Assembly: GCA_043228905.1 (NCBI GenBank)
Contig: JBHGNT010000003.1
Span: 5,704,001 to 5,768,000 of the forward strand
Length of the DNA: 64,000 nucleotides
Source of the DNA: Azolla caroliniana
Lineage: Eukaryota; Plantae; Polypodiophyta
Reading direction: 5' to 3'
Shown here: in pieces, positions 23,831-38,003 of the stretch
Numbering within the stretch: the first letter of the stretch is position 1
How the letters are laid out: each line of letters starts with the position of its first letter
Position numbers and translations under genes: made by a program
The notes under the pieces: generated by a model
What the model was told of the DNA's origin: nothing
The model's database searches: none
The model's input: the letters and a program-made list of their open reading frames with translations, nothing else

Positions 23831-26800
23831 GAGTCAAAAGTCTTGTGTGTTATTTGTCTTTTCAATGCAATACCGTGTTTCCTTTTCCTTCCATGATATT
23901 TGATTGGTCTTTAAGGTAATTTGGATATTGAATTCACCGTTGGCGTGTAAAGTAATGAGTCCTATGTATCTAACGCCAACAAGATGGACTACTCCCACCC
24001 TCCTCTTGGCTCAATATTAATTCTCCACCTTTTAGATAACTAGCCTAGCTAGCCAAGTATCTCCCTAAACTCTCCATGTACATGGAATAACACAGATGAA
24101 AATGGCATTATTGAGTGTGTGTTATTGTTATATGGTTTTACTTCGATGTTTTGTGGTGTTTGATATTAAATTTGAGATCATGGAATGTTGTGTCATGGTG
24201 TAATATGATATGGATACGATGTTATGGGATGTGTGCTAGTGATTTATGTTGTTAATGGTCATGACATTATGTGGTGTGGTGTATGATGATGTTAATATGA
24301 TGTTACGGTATGTGTGCTAGTGTTGTTAATGGTCGTGACATTATGTGGTGCAGTGTATGATGGTGTTGATATTATATCAAACAACATTTAGTATTGTTAT
24401 AATATCATGTAGTATGTGGTCAAGTTATTTCTAGATATTTGATATCATACGCTATTGTATGGTGATGTTCTATCATGTTGCTTGTGGTGGTGTTATATGA
24501 ACTTCATATGATACCACAATTTGTGGCGTGTCATTATGTAATTTCTAACTTGTAGTGAAACTTTGCCATTTTGACAATTAATGTGGTATTATTGATTGAC
24601 TTAATGTTTCTTAGCAACTATGCAAAACATGCTTTTTGAAAAATCATTCCTTAGAAACTCTATGTTAGATGATAGTGTTGAACGAATTAGTGGCACGAAT
24701 GATCTATCTGTTGTATTTGGAAGAGTATAGTCTATAGGAGTAGTAGGCCAAATCATGATGTCCTTATCAGAAAACAAATTGAGCTCAGATGGAAGCACAA
24801 TGAGGGAGGGTGGGAGGCCTGAGGGAGTAAAGATGGTGTAGGCCACAAAAATTAATTTCACTATTTGCAAAACCCAACTTTACAAATATATGTATCAAAC
24901 ATACATTTTACTGTTAACTTAATCCTTGTGTTTGTCTACCTAAATAGCATGTATGTATGTTATTTATGTGTCCATTAACACACACATGCTACAATTTAAT
25001 ACTCGCTTGTAATGGGCAGATTCAATGTAGCCTACTCGGCTCATAAATGTTGGAATCAACTTCAAGCCCATTTCTTTTAGATCATTAACTTCTACTTTTG
25101 CCACAGAGAAAAAACTAAAGGTCATGTTCAAACTTCAACCTATACATAATATGAATGTGGGAAAAAACTACGTTTTCAAGTGTAAAATCCACAAAGATAA
25201 AATTGTAGTTATAGTTCTTTATTGAAACCAAATCCTAAGGAGAGAGTGAGAAAGAGAATTTTACTATTATGGGAAAACAAAACATTAAATTAAATTGTCT
25301 AAGTAGGGGGTATGATTGAACTTGTTTAAAGGAAATTCTTAAGAATGCTTCTTTCTACGTATGGTGATCTAAAACCCATGTATTTTCAATTGTAGTAAGA
25401 GATACATATCAATGCCTCTCATGGAACATGCTTATATGACACAAATTATGGAGCTTAAAACATATTGTGTACATTGTACAATATTTTGCATTCACACCTT
25501 GATATCTAAACCCCCAAATCCCCCTAAGAGTGTGCTCTAATTACACCATGGGGATGTTAACGCAAGAGACATCAATATGGGGTATCTTGGAGTGAACGTG
25601 AGATAATCAAGGTGGTAATGTAAGACCTCTATACACTCATCACCCATCTCCATGACCTCCTACTTTTCTTGAATCCATGCCCTGGGATGAGCAAGCTCCC
25701 GAGGGCCACATCACAATCTATAGAGAAGGAGATAGAGGAGACTCTAGCCAAATTGTCTCCTTTTTTATTTCTTCAAAGATTTTCCTCATTAGTATTAAGA
25801 AAAACATGTGAATGCTACAACTTAAGCTATGTGCCCAAACACTTACAATTTTCATGTACAATGATATACAATAATCCTAAGACCAAAGCTAGAACTTTGT
25901 AAAAGGTTTTTTTTTTTTTTACATTCTGTCGTGCTTCACTGTTAATCAAGAAAGGATCCAAGGAAGTTGATAGCTCCATTGAGGCCCTTGAGTTGACTCA
26001 AAGAATAGGGGTAATTTTTTTCATAAGTGAAGGACCTTCTTCTTTCTCTTGTTCGCAGTCCCTGGTGAACCCTGCATGTTGTCATATTGACCACGGACTA
26101 CTGCCACCAAGTTCTCCCATATCTCACAGAAGACATCTAAGAGACACTGATATGTCGCATCATAACGTCGGTTGCATCGACATTTCCATAATACCCATAA
26201 CGTTATTGTAGTCACTGTTTTCCATATCTGGGAAGATCGCACCTGCTTTCAAGGTTGTTAAAAGGGGCTGACCAATATCAATCTTCTATTATGTACCATC
26301 ATTGCCACTTGAACATCGTTTGCCTCATACAACATCAAATTGGAATGTAACACTCCCCACATTGTTGATCCCCATGAAAATAAGCAACCAACATTGATTG
26401 TTAAAAATAACGAAAGAACTTTATTCCAAACTTGTTGAGCCAAGGAACATGACCAAAGGGCATGCTTGGTAGTCTCTTGCACTTCGTGACAAAAGTCATA
26501 TTGTCGAAGATTAGGTGTTACATTCCCTTTCAATGAGTGACCAACTGGGAAGGCCATATGCACTATAATAGCCATCTGAAGAGAATAAATTTAGTTGGCC
26601 CCTTGACTGACCAAATCCATTTCCAGTAGGTTTTCAAATGCAAAGTTGAGACCCCCCAAGTGATCCAATGTTTCTGAGCTGCTGGTATCCTTGCATTGCA
26701 AGAAAGCAATAGTGCTCTTCCAAGGTTTACTGAGTATTGAAAGAAAGGAACCTTTATGATTTATTCCCCCAAGGAATGTGACCAAAACCAACCCCACGGA

Positions 26801-29489
26801 TCCCATATTAATCTTGCAACCGGGTCTTTTGCATATAACCACAACATATCACACATATGAGCAATTGAAGGATAAGGATCGAGCATCCATTTCTTTCCAA
26901 ATTTAGCAACGACTCTAATTGGTGCACTTCCAGAGTGTTGTAGACAACTGCACTCTAAGGTGTAAGGTTGTAATATATGATTGTCTAGGACCTTAAAGTA
27001 AGAAGCACACCCGTTAGGTGAAACTGCCTTCACAGCCACCAATGTGTCATTTATGAAGCATCCAAACCACAATGTTCCTTCGTGGGTTGAAAGGTTGTAG
27101 AAAACGAAGAATATGTTGCTGATATACTAGCGGTCATTATCTTGGCACCATAAACTTATTGTAATTGTGCAAGACGATCTTCTTGTGACATTTGCTGAAA
27201 ATGATTCCACGTTCTTACAGATGCAGCAGGCCCATTATCTAATTTTCCCCATGAGAGGTGAGTTTTCAAGCCCAACACTTTTCCTGCATTATCCCGAAAT
27301 AAAGAATTGGCAAGAAAAGGTTGATTAAGTAGCGCATCCCATGTAGAAGGTTTGTCCTTAAGCAAGAATGACTTAATCACATCCCATGCCCTTCTGATTC
27401 CTAGCAAAAATCTATTGGATGCAAGATCCCGCCTTGGTGTTTGTACATCATTCAAGAATAACCATTTTAAAGAGGGTGACCAAGCACCGCCCGTCTTAGG
27501 ACTTAACTGCATCAACTGATTTAGAAATATCTCTTTCCAAGATTATGATCCTAGCAGCAATCCTCTAATCACAAACTTAGTCAAAAGGGCTCTTGACTGC
27601 ATTAAAGGGTCTATCAAACCCAAACCTCCATTGCTTTTAGGTTGTATTAACACATTTCTAGCAACTTTGGCTACTGTTGGACATCATTGTTTTCCCCCCC
27701 GAGAGGAAATTTCGGATCAAACTTTGCATTTTCGTTATTGCGGATCTAGAAAATAACCAAACGGATGCTATAAACCACATTGAAGCCAGCAATACAGAGT
27801 TGGCTACAACAACCTGACCTACAAAGGACAATTGTTGGGCATCCCAATGTATTAGTTTACATTTTATTGATAATAGTAGTGGCGAGAACATTGCTTCTGG
27901 CCGCAAATCTTTGCCAACCATACATCCCAAATAACAAACTAGTTCACCATGATGAAGCCATTGGAAAGAAGGACCTGGATACCATGTAGGGTGAGTTTCC
28001 TCACCTACCCAAATTCCAACTGACTTGTTCCAATTAAGTGATGCACCTATAACATCTGAAAAAACTTGCAAAGCATCTTTACCCGATCAAGATTTCCAAT
28101 CTCCCCATCAATATAAAGGGTCGTGTCATCTGCAAATTCATCATCCAATACACTAGGTTGTGTAAAAGGTAATGTTATTCCTCTTATACCTGCCGAAGAC
28201 GATGTTAGGTAGGAGGATAGGGCTTCCCCAAACAAGATGAAAAGAAACGAGGCGAGAGGGCATCCTTGCTGAATTGACCTGGAGATAGGCAATAATGGCC
28301 CATATCCTCCAGCAAACAAGACGGAACTAGAAGCCTGCCTATATAGGGCAGAGACTCCTTTTTTCCATGCAACAGGAAAGCCTAATCTTGACAGCACTGC
28401 CTCAAGAAAATCCCAATCCACTTTATCATAACCCTTCTCAAAGTCAAGCAAAAATATTGCAAGCTATTGTTTATTTTGCTGAGCTAAAGCAACCATTTCC
28501 AAAAATAAAAAGATGTTATAAAAAATGCTTCTATCTTGCAAAAAGCCAGCTTGAGTGTCATGAATAATAGACGACAACACTGACCTTAGTCTGAGAGCAA
28601 TGGTTTTTGCCACAATCTTGTACACATCATTAAGCAATGTTATTGGCCTCCACTTGGCGACTTCATCACATTGGGCATCCGACTTAGGGATCATATATAT
28701 GATTCCTTCCGTCCATTCCACAAGCATACTACTGCTTGAAAATATTAAATTAACCGCTCTAGTAAGTAGGGGACCCATAAAATCCCAATAATGCAAATAG
28801 AAACCAACTCCTATCCATCTTTTCCCGGACAAACATCCTTTCCTAAGGATTTAGCTGCAGAAAAGACCTCCTGCGGTGTGAATGGTTGCAATAAATGAGA
28901 TACCATTACATCTGTAACCTTTTGTTGAACAGTTGCAAGAACAACTTGTCTCTTGTAAAGACTATCTGCTGAAAAAAATTCCGCAGACAACAACTGATGG
29001 TAGTAATCCAAGACTATATCTCGCATCTCATATTCATCTTATGTGTAGGATTCATCAAGCCGCTTCAAAGAGGTAATAGAAAGAGGTTTATTTTTCCATT
29101 TAAACTGATTAAATAATTCTTTGTTGACCTGATCATGCCTTTTTGACCAACAAGCAACATTATGGTAGTAGAAGAACATTGAGCATTCCTCCTATTTATC
29201 TTTTAAAATGCTTTTCACTTGTTGCAAGTCACAACGTAACATATCTGATGAAGTTGGATACCTTTCCAACAGTTGTTGTACTGCTGCAAGAGCACGACGT
29301 AGGTTGGCAATCTCTGAGTTACAACGATTAACTGATTTTGCAATTAATTTTTTGAATAGAGTCTTTGTATCGAGTATGGCATGAACCATATTGTTAAGCA
29401 ATTAGTCGTTTGAAAAGTTGTAACTGGACCATATCTGAGTGATTGACATCTTGTGATTATCATTAGATTGCAATGAAGGAGGGATACAT

Positions 29490-32400
29490 TGTCGCGTTGT
29501 TACGTGCGTGTGCGTAGAAGGGCGGGACCATGGGGGTCTCGGACGAGGGAAGTAGGGAGGCCAAGAAAATGACCCCAAACACGCACTAGGGGCAACCGAA
29601 CACAAGCGAGAGAGAAAGGAGAGGGAGAGCATGTGCGCGACACCGACTCTTATGTACAGGAAAACAGAGGAGGGGAGCTATGCACCCGACACCAACAGAG
29701 ACACCATTATGCACAAACAAATATGACCATGTATATTACAAGGGAAAGAATACAACCCCGGCTTCGAGCCGGACCAAGGTAGGGTAGGTTGCAATAGCAG
29801 TCTGCTGCCAAGCCGCCAATTGGGGAGCTCTCGGGCTCGACGCGCCGAGTGGGATCTTGCACAGGGGATCGAGTAGAAGCAAACCCTAAAATGACACGAA
29901 CTCTCAACCCTCGCGACGACGAAGAAGAAGAAGAGGAAGAAACCACCAAGACGAATCCCTAGAACGAAGTAAGAACAAGAGAAACTACCTAACCCTAAAC
30001 CTAACGGTATACCCTCTAACACAAAATGGGCAACCCCTTCACAAAGGGCGCTCCCTTCCTTTTATAGAACAAGGAGAGGGATGCGTAACAATGTGGGATA
30101 AATCCCTTAGTACATGGGATCCTCTGTTCCGAATTAACTACTGTCTGACCCATAATGGCGCCCTTATCCTTTACACAATTTGTACAAGAGTAGGTGCACA
30201 TGGTGCACCTTGCCGATTCCTCCAATATCTCCTGGTTTCTCACCGTAGCCCAAAATCTTCACGACATCCGCCCCCACCAAACCGCACATCCACCGGCATG
30301 TGCCAAATTCGGGGAAGGTGAAAGATTCTGGCAGGTGAGGAACCGGTCTTCCGTAATCTGCACTCCGGCTGCCGTGTCGGCCTTGCCGGTCGGAACCGTT
30401 GGCTCCTGTTCTTCCTCGCGCTCGCCTCTCCGTAGGCTCGTCCGACCCGTTGGTAGGTCCTTGCCGCAATCCCTCTTGCGCGTGTGCCCCCATGTTGGCC
30501 CTTCATCTGGCCGCTTGCACGCTCTGCTCTCCGCCGTATGTCTGGTGTCTACACTTGAGGAACACCTGTAGTGGCCCGATTCCCTCGGTCGATTGTTCGT
30601 GTGATCCTAGTTGTCATCCCATGCGGTTGCCCATCGCCTTCGTCCCCTCGCCGCCACCTTCCTTCTCCTTGATCTTACGTTGCCACATTGGTTCAGACTA
30701 CCAAGCCTCTAGAACCGGTGTGGAGGATCCCTCTCCGACCTTCTACGCGAGATCACCTAGATCGGCAACCCGCCTTCGCACCTGTACTCCTATTCTGGCA
30801 CCTTCTATACCGAACACTATCCCGTACCCGTGCTTGCTTTGGCCCTCGATGACCACACACACGTCTTCTGTTCCACTTTCGGGTGTGCCTCTTTCCGGCT
30901 CGACACACCGCTCCTTAACCGGGTGTCCCCCCCCTCGGCTTCTCATCGAAAGATCACCCTTCCCGCATCCTGGCCCGCATGGCCTCCTTCGTTCACGTAA
31001 TGCCTTGGCTGGTCGGTGCTTCTACTATTGCCGCCTTCGTCCCCTTGCCTCCACCTTCCATTACTCTCGGTCTCACGTTGCCACGTCGGCCGAACAGCCA
31101 GGGTCTCCGGGCAAGTGTGAAGGATCCTTCTCGGGCCTCTGATTTGTTGGGTCATCGACTCTCGTACCAAGTGCATCCAATCTTTGTCTTGTTGACCCTG
31201 CCGGTCGGGCCTCGCCGGCCTCATACCTCCTTTCGCTCTGCTTCCTGTCGTCCGATCACGTTCTCTTGCCGCCACCGTCCTTTCCTATAGGACTCACGCC
31301 GGCTCTCGGGCCGACCGCCGGATTGGTGTGAGGATCTCGTGGGACCTCCCCTTCTGGTTTCGGTTGCCCTCCTTGCCGCCGCCATCGTTCCTTGCTCTAG
31401 GTCTCACGCTGGCTCTCGGGCCGACCGCCGGAGCGTTTAGAACTGGTGCGTGTAAGGTCGTGGCAGCACCGCTTGCCGTTTTCCCCGACCTCTACATCGG
31501 CCAATTCTGCTGATCACATTCACCTATCGCCACCGATCTCTCCTACAGGACTCACGCCGGCACTCGGGCCGACCGCCGATCAGTGTGAGGATCTTCATAG
31601 ACCGCCCATCCGCAATCTTGGTTGCCCACCTTGTCGCCGCCACCGTCCTTCTCTCTAGATTTCACGCCGGCTCTTGGGCCGACCGCCGGAGTGGCTAGAA
31701 ACGGTGTATGTAAGGTCGCAGCAGCACCTCTTGCCGTTTTCCCGACCTTCGTGTCGGCCTCTTCTGCTGGTCACGTTCACCTGCCGCCACCGATCTCTCT
31801 TATAGGACTCACGCCGACACTCGAGCCGACCGCTGAATCGGTATGAGGATCTTCGTAGACCGCCCATCCTTTCCTTCCGCCTTTGTCCCCTCGCCGCCAC
31901 CGTTCATCACTCTAGGTCTCACGCCGGCTCTTCGGCCGAACGCCGGAGTCTCTAGAACCGATGTGAAGGATCCTCCTCGGGCTCTTCGTATCTCTGACCC
32001 TTATCCCGGGTCTTCCTTCTTCGCATGTCGAGAGGGTGGCTTGGTCCACACCCTCTCCCGTGGTACTGATGTACCGGTTACCGGCCTCTTTGTAGGCCTG
32101 CTCTCTCCCCTCTTCTGGATCGGTTATCCTGAAGTCCGCTCCACCTGGTTCTCATCCGGGTCCGTCCGTCATTCTCTGGATTTCCGGGTCCCGTTTCCTA
32201 CCACCGCCATCCTTCTCACTCGGTCTCACGTTGCCACGTTGGCTTGAGCTGCCGGTGTCTCCGGATCGGTGTGAGGACCCCATAGGACCATTCTTTGTTC
32301 TTCGCCTCATCCCTTGTACTTCTCCCAAACTCGTCGTCGCTCTCCTCGTTGTGGTCCTGCCTCCATCTTCCACCTCTTTTGGTCTCACGTTGCCACGCCG

Positions 32401-35400
32401 GCCGAACTGCGGAAGTCTCCGACCAAGATGTGGGGACACCGATTTCGTAACAACTCCCGCCGACTCATCCAAGGCCACCGACCCTTTTAGTGGTGTCGTT
32501 GAATAGCATCTGCTCTATGATCGATCAAGCCCTGCCTGGGCTTGATTCTCCAATGTCTGGTGTTTCGGCTCTGATGCCAATCTTGCCGAACTCGTTCCGC
32601 ACCCTCAATCATTTCCCTTTCATTTCCTGACCTTCGCCTGGTCGGTCTTTCTCCCCATGTAAAAGAGGGTGGTTCGTTCCGCACCCTCTCCCATATCGGC
32701 ACCTTCATGCCGATTCTAGCCCCGGTCGAACAATCCACGACCGCATCGCGCTCCACCCGAATCGGAATGCCGCGCGGGTCGGTCCCCGGTCGGGTCGTTC
32801 CTTAGTTCCTTCTTCGACCTTCTCATGGGCCATCTCCCATCCATCTTCGTTGGCATCGTTCCAGGACTCCTCGACACTGTCATCCATCTCCTTGGTCTCA
32901 CATGGGCGTAAGGGGCCGAATGCCGAGTTCTCCGGAGTCGGTCCCGAGGGCTCTTGTCCGTTCCTTCCCCATATCATCTCACCGGTGATTCTCGGTCTCA
33001 TGCCGCCGCCTTCTTCCTCTTGGGTCTCACGTGAGCACTCGGGCCCGACTGCCATCGTCTTGGGAGCAAGTGTGGGAAGACGCGAAGAATCGCGCATCCG
33101 TTTTACGCCCTTGTCCGTAGCCACCGGCTCTCCGTGGTCGGTGGTCGTCTCCTTACCAATCGTGCAAGCCCCGCATGGGCTTGCTTCTCCAATGTTCGGA
33201 GCCTCGGGTTGACGTGCCCGAAACCGCCGGTCCCAACGTTCCGATCCCGTGATCGGTATCTCGGCCTCGTCCTCGGCCGTTCTATCTCCGCAAGTCGAGA
33301 GGGCGTTTTGTTCCGCACCCTCTCCCGTAGTACCATCGTACCGATCTTCTGCCTTCTCGTGGGGCAAGTCCATCTCCTCGGCATCGGCTTGCGGCCTCGA
33401 TATTTCCTATTCCTCGAGCATTGCCTCGAGAGTTGCATACGCCTCTGCAATCCTGGCCCCGAAGCCGAGCCTTGCCGACTCTCTTTGTCATTCGACCTAT
33501 TCCCACTATGATGGCACGTCGTCGCACGCCTTCCTCTTAGCCTACTCGGCTCGCTCATCATCTAGCCGTTGGCATACCCTTCCGACCTTCGACCAGTCCT
33601 CGATAAGGCCATTCACTCCGTCCTCATCTTCGAGCTCAATCCTGATGGCCTCCCGTTCCGCTCGGTCGATCGACTTGACGAACAATAGGACTTTGTTCGC
33701 CCCCACCAAACCTTGTTCCCGCTCTGGGAGCCGAGCAAGCCGTCGCTCGAACTCTTGGAACTCCTTCATTGCGCCCTGGTGGGTCTTCGCCGACGCAACC
33801 CACTGGTCGAAGTCGCGTCGTCCCCGGCTCTTCCACCGTCCTCCATATGCCTGCAAGAGCGCCCCTTCGAAGGCCTCCCACGAACTATGAGCTTCTCGGA
33901 GCTCCTTCACTTCCGTGTGCATACGGACAACGACGACCCGATAGAAGAACTCCAGCCTCAACGCCTCGTCGACGTCTCGCTCCTCCATTTCCGCGTTGTA
34001 GGCTTCCAAGTAGAATGGGACCTTATCCCCATTGAAACGGCCGACTCTTTCGATCACGCATTCGACAGCTTGTTGCGCCGCCTCTCTTCTTGTTGTTGCT
34101 CGTCCAAACTCCCTCACCGCTTCGACAAAAAGTTGTGCGAAGTCGTTTCTTCCAACTCCATTCTCCCTTGCCGCCCTTCACGTCGGGTTCACCAAATATG
34201 TCGCATTGTTACACGTGTGCGCGTAGAAGGGCGGGACCACGGGGGTCTCGGACGAGGGAAGAAGGGAGGCCAAGAATCCGACCCCGGAGACGCGCCAAGG
34301 GCAACCGAACACAAGCGAGAGAGAAAGGAGAGGGAGAGCATGTGCGAGAAAACAGAGGAGGGGAGCTATGCAACCGACACCAATAGAGACACCATTATGC
34401 ACAAACAAATATGACCATGTATAATACAAGGGAAAGAATACAACACTGGCTTCGAGCCGGACCAAGGTAGGGTAGATTGCAACAGCAATCTACTGCTAAG
34501 CCGTCGATCGGGGAGCTCTCGAGCTCGTCGCGCGGAGCGGGATCTTGCACAGGGAACCGAGCACAAGCAAACCCTAAACTGACACGAACTCTCAACCCTC
34601 GCAACGACGAAGAAGAAGAAGAGGAAGAAACCACCAAGACGAATCCCTAGAACGAAGTAAGAACAAGAGAAACTACCTAACCCTAAACCTAACGGTATAC
34701 CCTCTAACACAAAATGGGCAACCCCTTCACAAAGGGTGCTCCCTTCCTTTTATAGAACAAGGAGAGGGATACGTAACAATGTGGGATAAATCCCTTAGTA
34801 CATGGGATCCTCTGTCCCGAATTAACTACTGTTCGGCCCATAATGGCGCCCCTATCCTTTACACAATTTGTACAAGAGTGGGTGCACATCATGGTTGTTT
34901 ACATACCCGTATTTAACGTTTAAATACGTATAGTACCTCATCATTTGTATAGTACATACTATACCTCAATGTTGTTAAGTCAAATATCATGTACATTTGT
35001 CCAATACGGTATTTAACGTATTTATAAAAAAACAGGTATATTAATACGTATTTATAAAGAAAATGTAAGTAAAACCCTAACAAAAAGAAAAAGAAAAGAA
35101 AGATTTTAGTGAAAATGAAGTCAAAGGAGGGAAGAAAGAAGAATAGAAGAAACGACGATGAAGAAGATGAAGAAGAAGAAGAGAGAAAAGAAGACATAAA
35201 CCTGTCTTGAGTGTGATAATCGCAGAAGATAGAAGAAGAAGAAGAAAACGAAGAAAAGAGAAACCTATCATGAGTGTGATAATCGTAGATGATTCCTCAA
35301 TCTATGAAGGCATAATTGTAAATAATTACAATTTGAAGTAGAACATCGTGATACACACTTACACTGATTTATAGAATATGGGAATGCCGACATCCATATT

Positions 35401-35786
35401 ACTATAGGTATTTTAGGATGTGAAATGTTCAAATGTCTTATATGCATTTTAGGATGTAGAACTATATTGTACATCACAAAATTGTGTAAACATAGATGTT
35501 TTTTACAATATTATAGATATTTTTTAGAAAGGTAAATAATTTTCAAATTCTAGAAGTATTTAACGTACTATACGTAAAATACGTATTTTACGTATTTTAT
35601 AAGTATTTAACATATTAAGAAAACGTATTTTTAAATTGGGAGGTACTATACGGGTATTAATACGTTAAATACGTATGGTATTCGTACCGTACCTAACGTA
35701 CCTAACAACCTTGGTGCACATGGTGCACCTTGCCGATTCCTCCAATATCTCCCGGTTTCTCACCGTAGCCCAAAATCTTCACGACA
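29490..35786 (-). mobile_element. Non-autonomous (gag-only) LTR retrotransposon related to the 3607-9553 family
   Basis: LTRs at 29490-30266 and 34199-35786. Same Trp PBS (34177-34194) and PPT (TCCGCCCCCACC at 30267). Gag remnant 33542..34117 (RFNGDKVPFYLEAYNAEM); no pol motifs seen; GC-rich internal repeats. TSD ACAT/ACGC. Confidence 0.88.
34890..35713. mobile_element. hAT-type non-autonomous DNA transposon (MITE) inside the 5' LTR
   Basis: Perfect 8-bp TSD GTGCACAT (34882-34889 and 35714-35721), TIRs CATGGTTGTT/AACAACCTTG and subterminal TACGTA repeats. It is absent from the sister LTR. Confidence 0.9.
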
Positions 35787-36299
35787 ACGCAATTGCTTGG
35801 AGTATCGCCTCTTCGTAAATGTAACATGTAGCTTCAGAAGATCATGGTCAGAGATAACTGAGCCCGAAATAATTTCTAGGGACCCACCGGCCTCCCAAAA
35901 TACACTTCTAGCATAAAATATATCTAGTCGAGACAAATTTGTAACAGCCACACTCCCATCTGATCAAGAGAACTAAAGGGATCCTTGTATGCATGAAAAC
36001 AAGCGCACCTTCCATAAATCAAGTAACCCAAAGGCAAAACAAAAATAATCTCGTCCCGTCCTGAAATAGTAGTACCTAAACCTCCGAGTCTATTACTAGC
36101 ATCCTCAATCATATTGAAGTCACCTCCCACTAACCAACAATCCGCATAATCAGAAAGAGATAACCATAAATCTGCCCTTTCTGACGCAGAATTAGAGGCA
36201 TAAAGATTCATAAGGCCAACCTTCTAAGATCCTCTTTTTAAAATAAGGAATTATGCTCGTTTATTCATAGTAGTAGCTGCTGACACGATGTTAGACTCC

Positions 36300-36815
36300 A
36301 ATTGTTGTCTAATAGCAATGCATAATCCAGCTTGACGGCCATTAGGGCCAAATACAGGAACCCAAAAATGAGTCCATCGTCCTGGTAAAATGGAACCATA
36401 TTTCTGAATCCTATCCATGCACAGGTGGTGCTCTTGTAGAAAAAATAATAATAATAATACCAACAATAGAACTGCCTAAATCTGATCGTAAGAGTCCTTT
36501 AACTCTACGAAAGGCTTGTCCACCCAGAACTTGTACATTCCAGGAAAGAAAAAGGAGGGTTGTCTAATAGCAATGCATAATCCAGCCTGATGGCCATTAG
36601 GGCCAAATGTAGGAACCCAGAAATGAGTCCATCGTCCTGGTAAAATGGAACCATATTACCGAATCCTATTCATGCACAGGTGGTGCTCTTGTAGAAACAA
36701 AATATCAATAATACCAACAGTAGAACTGCCTAAATTTGATCGTAAGAGTCCGTTAACTCTACGAAAGGCCTGTCCACCCAGGCCTTGTACATTCCAGGAA
36801 AGAAAATGGAGGGTG
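36300..36815. repeat. ~255-bp tandem duplication inside the LINE endonuclease region
   Basis: GTTGTCTAATAGCAATGCATAATCCAGC...GTACATTCCAGGAAAGAAAA occurs at about 36304 and about 36559. Confidence 0.85.
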
Positions 36816-36964
36816 TCCATATTACTTAGGTTTTAGTGTTGTCCTTTTCTCAAGCAAAGCCTCCTAACGGCCTTTTTGAGCATCCTCCTGAGCTCTTGCT
36901 TGTCTTTTTAAAATCAAGTAATTCCCTGTATACTTATGCACTCTATGTTCCTTAACTTGCTTTT

Positions 36965-38003
36965 TGTCACAGACACACCAAGCGCGGACTAAGACGGAGC
37001 ACGGATGATGAGGCTACGACAGAGCGATGACGAAATGACACAAGAGCATAAAGATAGAGATGAAGATTAAGGAGAGAAGATGGGCGAAACAAGAACACTA
37101 GATTGATATGTCCATGACTGGCGTACTGTCACGGACACACCAAGTGCAAACTAAGACAGAGCACGGATGATGAGGCTATGACGGAGCGATGACATGAGGA
37201 ACTTAAGACGGGGAATGACACAGGAGCATAAAGATAGAGATGAAGATCAAGGAGAGAGGATGGGCGAAATGGGAATACTAGATTGATATGTCCATGACTG
37301 GCGTTGTTCACCTTGAATTCCATGACTGGCATGCATACCTGTTACACGCATGTGATACAATAGAGCATGTAGGCAGTAGGTACGCATGCATGTGCCAAGT
37401 GCAAATAATACAAGGGAGAAATTATGCACATGTGATACAATAGAGCATGTAGGCAGTAGATACGCATGCATGTGCCAAGTGTAAATAATACAAGGGAGAA
37501 ATTATGCACATGTGATACAATAGAGCATGTAGGCAGTAGGTACGCATGCATGTGCCAAGTGTAAATAATACAAGGGAGAAATTATGCACATGATGCTAGC
37601 TAAAACCTACAATAGAGCATGTGATACAATAGAGCATGTAGGCAGTAGGTACGCATGCATGTGCCAAGTGTAAATAATACAAGGGAGAAATTATGCACAT
37701 GATGCTAGCTAAAACCTACAATAGAGCATGTGATACAATAGAGCATGTAGGCAGTAGGTACGCATGCATGTGCTAAGTGTAAATAATACAAGGGAGAAAT
37801 TATGCACATGATGCTAGCTAAAACCTACAATAGAGCATGTGATACAATAGAGCATGTAGGCAATAGGTACGCATGCATGTGCCAAGTGTAAATAATACAA
37901 GGGAGAAATTATGCACATGATGCTAGCTAAAACCTACAATGAGGAAATATATACATGATTATATGCTAGATGTGTGGTTAACACATAACACTCGATTATA
38001 ACA
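36965..38003. repeat. LTR-like insert with a ~160-bp duplication and an 80/109-bp tandem array
   Basis: Starts TGTCAC, repeated at about 37127. Six units beginning ATGTGATACAATAGAGCATGTAGGC start at 37350, 37430, 37510, 37619, 37728 and 37837. No TSD found. Confidence 0.75.

Noticed and set aside
24150-24560. TG/ATG-rich low-complexity tract
   Set aside because: A degenerate simple repeat with no defined unit, ends or coding signal.
30164-33890. Many overlapping 100-250 aa ORFs
   Set aside because: GC-rich repeats keep frames open, and no recognisable domains were seen other than the gag remnant.
37350-37940. Regular array that could be mistaken for CRISPR
   Set aside because: There are no unique spacers and no cas genes, and the context is eukaryotic; it is a plain tandem repeat. 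The same applies to 52310-52560.
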